DNA from: a virus
Lineage: Duplodnaviria; Caudoviricetes
DNA length: 51,816 nt
Virus record (IMG/VR): IMGVR_UViG_3300027908_000080
Location: 1 to 51,816 of that record
Direction: 5' to 3' (one strand)
Of this stretch, positions 9,188 to 17,248 are shown in pieces (the first letter of the stretch is position 1; each line of letters begins with the position of its first letter). A program made the translations under genes and the position numbers. The notes beneath the pieces are model-generated. The model was not told the origin of the DNA. It ran no database searches and worked only from the letters and a program-made list of their open reading frames with translations.

Positions 9188-10987
9188 TTAGTTTAGTTGC
9201 ATTTGTTTTCGTTGTTTGTTGTATTCACTCAACTGTTCTTTCAAATCATCTAGCTGGTCATATTCTATATGTTCAGGTTTAAACTTATTCAAACTCCTAT
9301 TAGCCCAATCATTTAAATCAAAATCTCCTACTATCTTATTTTTAGGCTTATATTCTGGAATATCAAAAGGTTTTACTATACTTTCTTCAGAGTCTATTCT
9401 AGTTGATTTATAATTCCAAAAGCATAAATTCACAGCGTCAGCCCTATCAGGAGAAGGATAACCTCTACTCCTCTGCTCCAATTTAGTAAGCAAAGCATGA
9501 ATATTAGAAGTTGTTATTTTATAATACCGCGTTGAAAGTTGAGTAATTAAAGTTTTATCATCTATTAGAATCAATTCTTTTCCTTCAAGTAACTTTCGTA
9601 AGTTAAAGAATAGTTCTGTTCCTCTGTTAGAATAGGTTCTAAATTCTGAAGCTTTGTGCCTAGAATCAATATATTTTATATTAGACCAACCTTTTCTTTT
9701 AAGACTATTTAGCATAGGTTTTCCCATACCACAACAATCTGCAAATATTAGTGCTTCTGGAGTATTAAGATTATTTTCTTTGAACTTCTGCTCTAAGTAT
9801 TCTATAGAATCTTCTGTATTCTCAAATCTAAATGGCAGAAGTTTAATAAGTTTATTACCATTTCTTATAGCTAACACAGTCTCAGCTCCGCCATCAGAAA
9901 GGTCTAATCCTCCAGTATTAAAAGATTCAGCTATATGAATAGCTTTACTTCTTGCTCCAGCCCAAACAAATGATGAAGGTATCACTACCATTTCATCTGT
10001 AGTTCCAAACTCAGCTAGAATAGAGGATTTAAATACTACATTATTCTTTCCTCCAGGTAATTTAGAAGCAATACGTTCTATCTCAGACTCAGTAATATGT
10101 GAACATTGATATCCTGTAACTTTATACAGAATTACTTGTGTAGAAGTCAAAGACTTAATATCCTCTATTTCTTCCCTTGGTAATGCTGTTGAGGCTGTGT
10201 TATAGAAATAACCAGAAGGAAGTCCAGGTGAAGATGCATCAACTCTATGTGTAAATCCTGTGCATCTTTCGAGTGCATCTGTAATTTCTTCTGGAATCGA
10301 TTTTGTTTCTGAAGTGAAAATAGCCATTCTTTTTCCTGCATCAACTGGATGATAACCTTCAGCTTTTCCTGGCTCATCAGTAGCAAATAGTTTAATTGTG
10401 GAGATTTGAACTTCCCCTGTTTCAAGAGTATATTGGAACTCATAGTATCTATAATTAATTTTCCACATTTTACCAAATAGTGCGTTAGCTTTATGACAAA
10501 GACGGTCTATATGAATAGAGGTCTGGCTATCAAGTTGATTACCAGAAGATGAAGTTATAGGACATTGACACTCTCTATATCTCATACAAAGCCATACTGC
10601 ACAAGCAGCAATGATATATTTATCTTTCCCACTACTATTACAGGTTTGACAACAGGCTTGAAATGGAGAATCTTTAGTATGTTTACTATTTGCGAAATCT
10701 AACATAAACTGCATTTGCCAATCATGTAGCTTAACTTCTCCTGATAGTATATTTTCATCAAGAAGGAGTAAAAGTTCTATAGGATTAGCTATATCTATCC
10801 CATCAAAATCTAAAGAAGGAGTCACAGGTGAGGAAAGCATAGCCTCATCTTTAACTTCCGAAGAAGTAGAACAACCCAATACTTCAGTAGCATGTGACTC
10901 CAGCTTATTAGGAGAAAGGTCAGTTACTCCTAAATTTCTATTATTAAGTATTTCTATGAAATCTTCTGGAGATAAGTTATTAGACAT
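9188..10987 (-). CDS. terL: Terminase large subunit
   Basis: LHDWQ Q-motif, Walker A-like CNSSGKD, SSPG motif III, nuclease motifs GLDLSDGG, IFADCCGMG and SPDRADA. Confidence 0.88.
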   Translation of the reverse strand: MSNNLSPEDFIEILNNRNLGVTDLSPNKLESHATEVLGCSTSSEVKDEAMLSSPVTPSLDFDGIDIANPIELLLLLDENILSGEVKLHDWQMQFMLDFANSKHTKDSPFQACCQTCNSSGKDKYIIAACAVWLCMRYRECQCPITSSSGNQLDSQTSIHIDRLCHKANALFGKMWKINYRYYEFQYTLETGEVQISTIKLFATDEPGKAEGYHPVDAGKRMAIFTSETKSIPEEITDALERCTGFTHRVDASSPGLPSGYFYNTASTALPREEIEDIKSLTSTQVILYKVTGYQCSHITESEIERIASKLPGGKNNVVFKSSILAEFGTTDEMVVIPSSFVWAGARSKAIHIAESFNTGGLDLSDGGAETVLAIRNGNKLIKLLPFRFENTEDSIEYLEQKFKENNLNTPEALIFADCCGMGKPMLNSLKRKGWSNIKYIDSRHKASEFRTYSNRGTELFFNLRKLLEGKELILIDDKTLITQLSTRYYKITTSNIHALLTKLEQRSRGYPSPDRADAVNLCFWNYKSTRIDSEESIVKPFDIPEYKPKNKIVGDFDLNDWANRSLNKFKPEHIEYDQLDDLKEQLSEYNKQRKQMQLN

Positions 10988-11402
10988 TAATAGCCTTTTG
11001 TCCTTTAATATTATTTGTAAGTCTCGCAGCCGCCTCTCTAACTTGCATAATACGCTGATTGAAATTGAATATATTAGTTCCTTGTGGAACTTTTATCACA
11101 TCTTTTCTTCCCATTGCATCATCTCTCACATTAATTAATAGTTTACCTCTTAAATGCTCATCTTCTGCACTAAGAGCCAAATCTAATAATGCTTCTTTCA
11201 CTCTCATTTGTTCATCAAATGAGTATTTAAGTTTATTAATATCTTCTGAATCTTGCCCACAATCCTTTCTATATTTAGAAGAACACTGCATAAGTGCCCC
11301 TTTAACCGCCTCAATTTCAAGTGATTGGTCTAAAGCAATAGTCTCTGGCTGCATATTTTCTTCTTCATACGCAGTCTTAATTATGTTTAATATTGCCAAC
11401 AT
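10980..11402 (-). CDS. Putative terminase small subunit
   Basis: 140 aa, helical, overlaps the terL start. Confidence 0.5.
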   Translation of the reverse strand: MLAILNIIKTAYEEENMQPETIALDQSLEIEAVKGALMQCSSKYRKDCGQDSEDINKLKYSFDEQMRVKEALLDLALSAEDEHLRGKLLINVRDDAMGRKDVIKVPQGTNIFNFNQRIMQVREAAARLTNNIKGQKAINV

Positions 11403-11650
11403 TATAGTATATTATTTGGAAGTGCGGAGGGGAAGGGGCGCTCCATAGCCTCTTCTTCATCCATCTTATTAAGTGATTCTTGCTGTTTAAACATTTGTGT
11501 AAATATAATTGCTCTATGTAGAGCCTCTAATTCTTCTTTAGTATGTGTATCTTCTGGTGGACGACTTAGATATGCTTTAGCATTAGACTTGGTTGACATA
11601 TCTATAATTTTCATTGCTTGAGGCTTATTAGTTGGAAATTGAATGTTCAT
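11402..11650 (-). CDS. Hypothetical protein
   Basis: 82-aa ORF coupled (TAATG) to the next gene. Confidence 0.55.
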   Translation of the reverse strand: MNIQFPTNKPQAMKIIDMSTKSNAKAYLSRPPEDTHTKEELEALHRAIIFTQMFKQQESLNKMDEEEAMERPFPSALPNNIL

Positions 11651-11916
11651 AATATTTATTAGTTTAACAATGTAGTTCTATAGCTTTAATAGTTTTCAAA
11701 GTCTGTTCTCCTTCTAAAGAGAAGAGAAACCCACAATCATTTAGTTTCATTATATCTTTGTTTGTGTGCTTTAGTTATTGTTTCTCTAATTCTAGTTAAT
11801 TTCTCTTTAATTATCTTAATGTGCTTCGCCTCTTTAACCTTAATAAGCATTTCTTTCAGTTGTTCTCTTTCTTCTATTAGTAAATTATATGCCTTTTCTG
11901 TCACTAGTTTACTATA

Positions 11917-11935
11917 GTAGCATTTTTCATGCCAA
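11917..11935 (-). promoter_or_regulatory. Sigma54 promoter heading the late (packaging/structural) arm
   Basis: TTGGCATGAAAAATGCTAC on the minus strand; 16-bp core identical to the site at 23938. Confidence 0.85.
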
Positions 11936-12070
11936 TTAGTCTATCTACTGTTTTATCCTTCTTAGCCCTATTATATCACGACTTTAGGATTCGTAAATGG
12001 TCTATTCGAGAGAGAGGTATAGTTCGAGTTCGAGTTCCTCTTTCTGGTTTTCTAATAGACCCATAATTTT

Positions 12071-12156
12071 AACTAATGATAGTATTGCTAATAGTAGGTA
12101 AACTAATGATAGTTATACTTATGTAGAGATACTTATACTTATGTAGAGATACTTAT
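12071..12156. repeat. Short direct and tandem repeats in the divergent control region
   Basis: AACTAATGATAGT at 12071 and 12101; TTATACTTATGTAGAGATAC tandem at 12113 and 12133. Confidence 0.85.
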
Positions 12157-12497
12157 TAGCTATTATGACTACTAGTTAGCTAGTCATTCGTGGAGCTAAT
12201 GGAGTCATTGTGACACAGTGTATAGTGTTGTCCTTCAAGTAGTTAAAGCTTGTCTAATAGTGTTCTAACATCTCATACTTTCACTAATACAACTCGATTT
12301 GTATCACCCTTTTTGAAAAAATGGTCTCGTGGGGAGTTATATTAACGTTATATTATAGTTGGAAAGAAATATATTAAATATAATATAATATATTAGTATT
12401 CATAATATATTACTATACACTAGTTTATAAATTAAGTCTCTGATACGGAAGGGAGTTGTATTAGTCGTGATACAAAGAGACAAAATGTCCCTAATAA

Positions 12498-12514
12498 TGG
12501 CATGAGAAGTGCTA
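12498..12514 (+). promoter_or_regulatory. Sigma54 promoter candidate (early 1)
   Basis: TGGCATGAGAAGTGCTA, GG-N10-GC. Confidence 0.65.
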
Positions 12515-12692
12515 ACCTCACCCAGTTACTAACTGTCTCAATAATGGACATGTCCAAAAGACATGTGTAAGAACAGGACATACCGTCCTAAAAGTGGAAT
12601 AGGGTGTCTAATAATGGGCAAAGTGTTAATACTTAATGAGTTATGATTAAGTCTCTGCACTATTAGTGACTCATTAGTGGACACTTTGAGAA

Positions 12693-12710
12693 CTGGCATA
12701 AAAACTGCAA
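12693..12710 (+). promoter_or_regulatory. Sigma54 promoter (early 2)
   Basis: CTGGCATAAAAACTGCAA. Confidence 0.75.
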
Positions 12711-12746
12711 TAATGTAACCTATTGATACTAAACAACTTAACTAGA

Positions 12747-12764
12747 TTGGCATACCGGATGCTA
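12747..12764 (+). promoter_or_regulatory. Sigma54 promoter (early 3)
   Basis: TTGGCATACCGGATGCTA; the expected start site coincides with the beginning of a GC-rich structured tract. Confidence 0.8.
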
Positions 12765-12771
12765 TACTCAA

Positions 12772-12876
12772 CTTGCCTGTGAAGCAATGCTACAGGTGAG
12801 GGACTGCTAACCTCACTGGGGAACTGCAGCGGCTCATAGTGGGTTGGCGGAGCTATGCTCCGGGTGAACCCACAAC
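12772..12876 (+). ncRNA. GC-rich structured leader or small RNA candidate
   Basis: Stems CTTGCCTGT/ACAGGTGAG, GTGAGG/CCTCAC, and GTGGGTT/AACCCAC enclosing CGGAGC/GCTCCG. Confidence 0.4.
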
Positions 12877-13058
12877 TTAACTGTCTTATTTGTGGACACA
12901 ATAGAACTGTCTAGTAGTCTAACTCACTACAGACACTCTCTATCAATTTCACAAGCTAGGAAATTCATGTAAAGCTAATAATCACTTTGCAGACATAAGA
13001 ACTCTGCAAACGCTAGGAGAATAATCTCTTACTGATACCAGTAATAGCTATACTTAAC

Positions 13059-13409
13059 ATGAAAACAGACAACATTGTAGTTGAAAAGGCTCTAAACCCA
13101 TTCAAAACTGCCATTGGCAATAGTATGCCAAAGATAGTAGGTGATATAAAGTCTCTACTTGGCAGAGTTGATAAGGATGTAGTAGTGAAAGACGGAGACT
13201 GGAAAGCCAGCGCGGGGTTCAAACTATCACGCCGCAATGGTGAAACCGTTCAATTACCAGCTAATAATCCGGCAACCATATTGCTCTGCTTTGGTATGCG
13301 GTTCAATGAATTAGCAAAAAATGCTGATTGTGAGATTGAAGCATCCATACCAACAGTATGTGAAGCATGGGTGAAGGAACATAGCTCAAAACAGCAAGTT
13401 GCTGCCTAG
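13059..13409 (+). CDS. Early hypothetical protein
   Basis: 116-aa ORF, first gene of the + arm, followed by a long hairpin. Confidence 0.7.
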   Translation: MKTDNIVVEKALNPFKTAIGNSMPKIVGDIKSLLGRVDKDVVVKDGDWKASAGFKLSRRNGETVQLPANNPATILLCFGMRFNELAKNADCEIEASIPTVCEAWVKEHSSKQQVAA

Positions 13410-13420
13410 TTTGTAGTCAC

Positions 13421-13481
13421 AAGAGACATAGTAGTTAGTAGCTTGTTATATTAGCTCACTACTATGTCTCTTTACTCTTTT
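13421..13481 (+). terminator. Long hairpin, terminator or processing site
   Basis: AAGAGACATAGTAGT / ACTACTATGTCTCTT followed by a T-rich tract. Confidence 0.6.
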
Positions 13482-14039
13482 GTCCGACAAATAACACCTA
13501 AAGGATTGCAACATTATATCTATTAGTGTGCCTTATTTGATGCTGATACCATTGAATAACAAACACTTGAAGATTATGGTATGCACAAACTTGTAAATAG
13601 CAAAGCCAGAGAAGTAAACTTCTCATTACAACATCATATTAGATTTATCAATCCCTGATGCTTATTTGCCATAGCTATTATAGAAAGATTACAAGACTTT
13701 AGTACATAGTTGTCAGTCACACGAACATCATTGTGTGCAGTTTAATCTATCTTATGAGCAAACTTGCATTATAGAAGATAAAGGCATCGACTTAATACTC
13801 CTTGTTATACTTTGCAAGATAACAGTCATGACGACACACGATAGAACTTTAACAGAACCTTGTCTGAAGCGGATATGCAAAGGCGCGACGACATATAGTA
13901 TAATCTACTAATGAATGTTCTCTAGGATTCGAGCAGACGGTTTAAGAACTAGAGTTATCAAGGTTTAGGACAATAAATATTAGTATCCTACAATCAGCTA
14001 CTTACTATTCTCACCAAGTAGCAATTACCTACATATTAG
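13479..14039 (+). ncRNA. Large structured RNA candidate with group I intron-like core
   Basis: No ORF of 60 aa or more; many hairpins; R-like GAAAGATTACAAG (13683) and S-like ATAGTATAATCT (13895) with complementary P7; P3-, P4- and P9.0-like pairings. Confidence 0.4.
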
Positions 14040-14405
14040 GTGGTTGATTGTATGATATTACTGAATTATCCCAAAATAAATGAACACCTGACAAAATGGA
14101 ATACTGATAAATCTGATATTCCAAACCAACATAACTATTTATTAGTAGTTATGATGAAATCAGGATTACAATATGTAACAAGAGTTACTTGCATTAATAA
14201 TTTCCATAGTCTTGAACGAGCAGAAATATCTGATGTTGAAAAATGGAGACCATTAGATATAAGGGATAAACAAATCATAAATTCTCTACTTGGTGGACTA
14301 GAACAACCATTAAATGCAGTATGTGAAGTATTAACATCACAAGATAAAGATATTTATGCAGAATCATTAACTGATATTTATCTAATAGCATTAACTAATG
14401 TATGA
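14040..14405 (+). CDS. Hypothetical protein (start uncertain)
   Basis: 121-aa ORF overlapping the next ATG. Confidence 0.55.
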   Translation: MVDCMILLNYPKINEHLTKWNTDKSDIPNQHNYLLVVMMKSGLQYVTRVTCINNFHSLERAEISDVEKWRPLDIRDKQIINSLLGGLEQPLNAVCEVLTSQDKDIYAESLTDIYLIALTNV

Positions 14406-14578
14406 ACTCCCAAGAATTTCAACGACTCCTCTCTTTTCAACATGCCCGAAAACACCAATTCCGCCCTGCTAAAATACTACCCACTAAATTTGCAATGAAA
14501 CGTCTATCTCGTAAGCCTCAAGGTAGAGTATTAGTGGATGTTGAGAAATTGTTTCTTAGGTCGAAGAATAGTTTTTAA
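14402..14578 (+). CDS. Small basic hypothetical protein (58 aa)
   Basis: Manual translation MNSQEFQRLL...; ATGA overlap with the previous gene. Confidence 0.45.
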   Translation: MNSQEFQRLLSFQHARKHQFRPAKILPTKFAMKRLSRKPQGRVLVDVEKLFLRSKNSF

Positions 14579-14588
14579 TATACAATTT

Positions 14589-14792
14589 ATGTTAAAACAA
14601 ATAATTAGTTTAATAAAACGAGGCTACATATCTATTTATGTAGTTCAAGACAAAGACCATGAGACAATAGAATTTGCTTCAATAAGTGAATCTCTGGTTA
14701 TTAAAATTCTTAAACATGACTCTGAAGTTTTAGAAAAACAATTCAAAATTAATAATCCATTTAAGTTAGAAGACTATTATCACAGAATATAG
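14589..14792 (+). CDS. Hypothetical protein
   Basis: ORF 14538-14792; probable start MLKQII preceded by the AT-rich context typical of this genome. Confidence 0.45.
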   Translation: MLKQIISLIKRGYISIYVVQDKDHETIEFASISESLVIKILKHDSEVLEKQFKINNPFKLEDYYHRI

Positions 14793-14877
14793 ATTATGGT
14801 TTAGGCTTTGAAGTCGCCATAGTTAATGCCATGTGGCAACATGCACAATACCAACCACAATAACTATTAAATAACTA

Positions 14878-14896
14878 TTGGCACAAAACTTGCTTA
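14878..14896 (+). promoter_or_regulatory. Sigma54 promoter, consensus match
   Basis: TTGGCACAAAACTTGCTTA matches TGGCAC-N5-TTGCW exactly; intergenic. Confidence 0.9.
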
Positions 14897-15028
14897 TATG
14901 AGGGCGGAGATGATTAAATGGAGTAGTGATAACTAAATATTGTTGGACAATTTGAGCAATTCTAACATTAGAACACTAATCTCAATAATATGTTGTGACC
15001 TCACTACTCCATTTAATTATTTACAAAT

Positions 15029-15121
15029 GCCACAATATCTCAACTGGCTAGAGAACTAGAACAACGAAAGCAATAGTAATTGACAATCTAGTAAATGTGA
15101 GTTCAAGTCTCACTTGTGGCT
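15029..15121 (+). tRNA. tRNA-like element with a 26-nt anticodon loop (19-nt insertion; residual TT-GAC-AA)
   Basis: Acceptor GCCACAA/TTGTGGC, D arm TCTC/GAGA with GG, anticodon stem CTAGA/TCTAG, T arm GTGAG-TTCAAGT-CTCAC; no encoded CCA. Confidence 0.75.
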
Positions 15122-15434
15122 CTCTTTATGAACAAAACAAAATACAAATACCACTACTATTCTCCACGAAATCATTGTATAACATGGTCTTATTGGTTCT
15201 ATAGAAAAGTAGAATTTTCAACAGGCTTAACTGTATTAAGAGTTTTTGGTTTTAATTTTGTGAAAGATATATGATAATAGTTCCAAATGAAAGAGGAGAA
15301 CCATAAAATATGGGAAGAATTAATAAGGAGACCTAAAGTATGATACATATAATAAACTGCCTAACATTCAACATCTTAGTCTTATCAATCTCATTCTTTT
15401 TCGCCGCGCTAGGAATTAACAAGTTAAGGAAACC

Positions 15435-15993
15435 ATGAAAGAAATAACAAAAGAATTAATAGATGATATACATAATGCTCTTGATAAAGGTTTAACTAAA
15501 GGTTTAGGAAAACCTATTGAAGGGAAAAATGTGCGTTGAAGCATTGATATGCTTTAAATTGGGTCTTCCACATGGAGATAATCCTCCTTGTGTAGGAGGT
15601 GAAGTTCGTTTAGCTAAAATATCTCTTAATGATTGCAATTGGTCATCCCCTAAAGCAAGAGCAGAGGGAATGAGAAAATTAGCTATTGCTCAATTAGGCT
15701 CAGATAAAATTGACCAAAAAGTGTTTAAAGATACATTAAAACTAATATCAGCAAAAAGAATTTTGCCATGCTTAATCCAGAAACATTATGAAATAAGTAA
15801 AGATCCAAAATTAGTCGAATGGAAATTAAAATTTGAAAGTCTGGTTAAATTAGATAATAAGTTGTGGAAAGAATTCTACTACCACTACTACCACTACTAC
15901 CACTACTACGAAGATGAACTTCTATTATTAGTCGCCGACTGTATTCTGCAAGCATTAATAGAATGTAAATCCGAAGGTTGTAAGTGGTTATAA
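15435..15993 (+). CDS. Cys/His-motif phage protein, frameshifted near 15521-15529
   Basis: ATG 15435 reads MKEITKEL...GLGKPIEGK and then needs +1 at GGGAAAAA to continue as MCVEALICFKLGLPHGDNPPCV. Confidence 0.5.
15877..15909 (+). repeat. Coding tandem repeat (TACTACCAC)n encoding YYHYYHYYHYY
   Basis: Directly visible 9-bp unit, about 3.7 copies. Confidence 0.9.
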
Positions 15994-16178
15994 ATTTATG
16001 CCATCACCAAAAACATTAGAAATACGTTATATTGGCACAAAGAAAGCTAATATCTTTGTCAAACAAACTAATAAACCTAAACCAGTTCTATTAGAACGAA
16101 ATGTTCCTATTTATAAGTTAGGAACTATCGTCCATTTTGGTGGAATGAGGGTAGGAGAATTTCCTAAAGATTAATAAT

Positions 16179-16367
16179 ATGTTTGAACTTAATGAAAAAG
16201 TAATGATAAAACCACCAAATAACCAAGATGGTTGGATTAAATGTGGTTTTAAATTTTCACATTACAATCACGATAAAACTATAATAACTGTTAAATCATT
16301 AAGTAATGAACCAGCTTATTTTAACTCTTTTGAAGTAGAGGCCAATAGAGTTATTAAACAAGATTAA
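16179..16367 (+). CDS. Hypothetical protein
   Basis: 62-aa ORF. Confidence 0.5.
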   Translation: MFELNEKVMIKPPNNQDGWIKCGFKFSHYNHDKTIITVKSLSNEPAYFNSFEVEANRVIKQD

Positions 16368-16403
16368 TCACTAATTTCCTTCAAACTTATCTAACCACAA
16401 CCT

Positions 16404-16422
16404 ATGGCACACAAAATGCTAT
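16404..16422 (+). promoter_or_regulatory. Sigma54 promoter
   Basis: ATGGCACACAAAATGCTAT, intergenic, upstream of the 16534 gene. Confidence 0.85.
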
Positions 16423-16533
16423 AACACACATTTACGGTGACAGTCTGAGAAAGAACAACCAATAGCACGGACTTCTATTTCTTCTGTCAGGTAATAACAA
16501 ACAATGAACAAATAAACAAAATAGAACACAAAT

Positions 16534-17169
16534 ATGAGTAATAACCCACTATCAATCCCACTTATGGTTAATCGCAATGGAATTGATGCGACATTAACTT
16601 TATGTATGGGCAAACGTGATGCTTGGAAAGATAAACCTTATCAGGCATTTCAAATTCAAACTGATGGAACAGAGTCTTCTCCCGCTGAAGATAAACCCTT
16701 TATAGAAGGAATTACTTGGTGGGGAAAGCAAAATGTAAAACTTGCTCTTAATACTATCTTCAAGCGTTTTGGGCAAGATTTTGCTGATGATGCTACAGGA
16801 GATAAAGACACAGAAAAAGCTGGTGGTTTGGCTGATGGTATTTTCTCTGTTGAAAAATTCCTTGAGTATTGGCAAAAGGGCAAATCTTCTGCAATGCGTC
16901 TTTCAGAGTTGAATGAAGCATATCAATCAACAGTGGCTGAGTTTAATGAGTTTACTTCTGGTGAACTTATGGCTGCTGTTCAAAGGCAGACTGATGCTAT
17001 GGCATCTGGTGATTCGACACTAATCTCACAAGCTAGTGTTCGTTTTGCTAATGCTAAGACTAAAATGGAGTCTCTTAGTGCAACACTTAAGTCCTACAAA
17101 GCTGACTTTGAGGAACGTAAGGCTCGTCGTTCTAAAGAGGCTGCAACTGAAACGACAAGCCCAGAGTAA
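16534..17169 (+). CDS. Hypothetical protein with coiled-coil C-terminus, possibly highly expressed
   Basis: 211 aa, own promoter and downstream hairpin. Confidence 0.75.
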   Translation: MSNNPLSIPLMVNRNGIDATLTLCMGKRDAWKDKPYQAFQIQTDGTESSPAEDKPFIEGITWWGKQNVKLALNTIFKRFGQDFADDATGDKDTEKAGGLADGIFSVEKFLEYWQKGKSSAMRLSELNEAYQSTVAEFNEFTSGELMAAVQRQTDAMASGDSTLISQASVRFANAKTKMESLSATLKSYKADFEERKARRSKEAATETTSPE

Positions 17170-17246
17170 TCAGTCAAACTAGTAGTTAAAGTCTCGGCAT
17201 TAGTAGGTAACTATCTGTTAGTGCCGAGCATTTAGTTACTGATTAT
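17167..17246 (+). terminator. Long hairpin (terminator or RNase III-type site)
   Basis: CTCGGCATTAGTAGGTA / TATCTGTTAGTGCCGAG with outer TAATCAGT/ACTGATTA. Confidence 0.55.
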
Positions 17247-17248
17247 TT

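Larger units (their letters stand above)
12466..12898. promoter_or_regulatory. Array of ~8 imperfect TGT-N11-ACA-like 17-bp sites (candidate upstream activator sequences or iterons)
   Basis: Sites at 12466, 12486, 12534, 12564, 12584, 12604, 12667 and 12882, e.g. TGTCTCAATAATGGACA, TGTGTAAGAACAGGACA, TGACTCATTAGTGGACA, TGTCTTATTTGTGGACA. Confidence 0.55.

Noticed and set aside
12071-12700. Possible CRISPR mini-array
   Set aside because: Repeats are short, degenerate or directly tandem, without unique spacers of constant length; the Cas4-like gene sits in a recombination module
13464-14039. Stop-codon-recoded or pseudogenised ORF, and a weak ~60-nt periodicity
   Set aside because: All three stop types occur in frame, other genes use the standard code, and the periodic matches are too weak; RNA structure explains the region better
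15877-15909. DGR variable repeat (NAC codon run)
   Set aside because: No reverse transcriptase or template repeat in the genome; it is a perfect tandem repeat
16032-16049. Ninth sigma54-like motif TTGGCACAAAGAAAGCTA
   Set aside because: Spacing is right but the -12 element lacks the conserved T and it lies inside a probable small ORF; not counted
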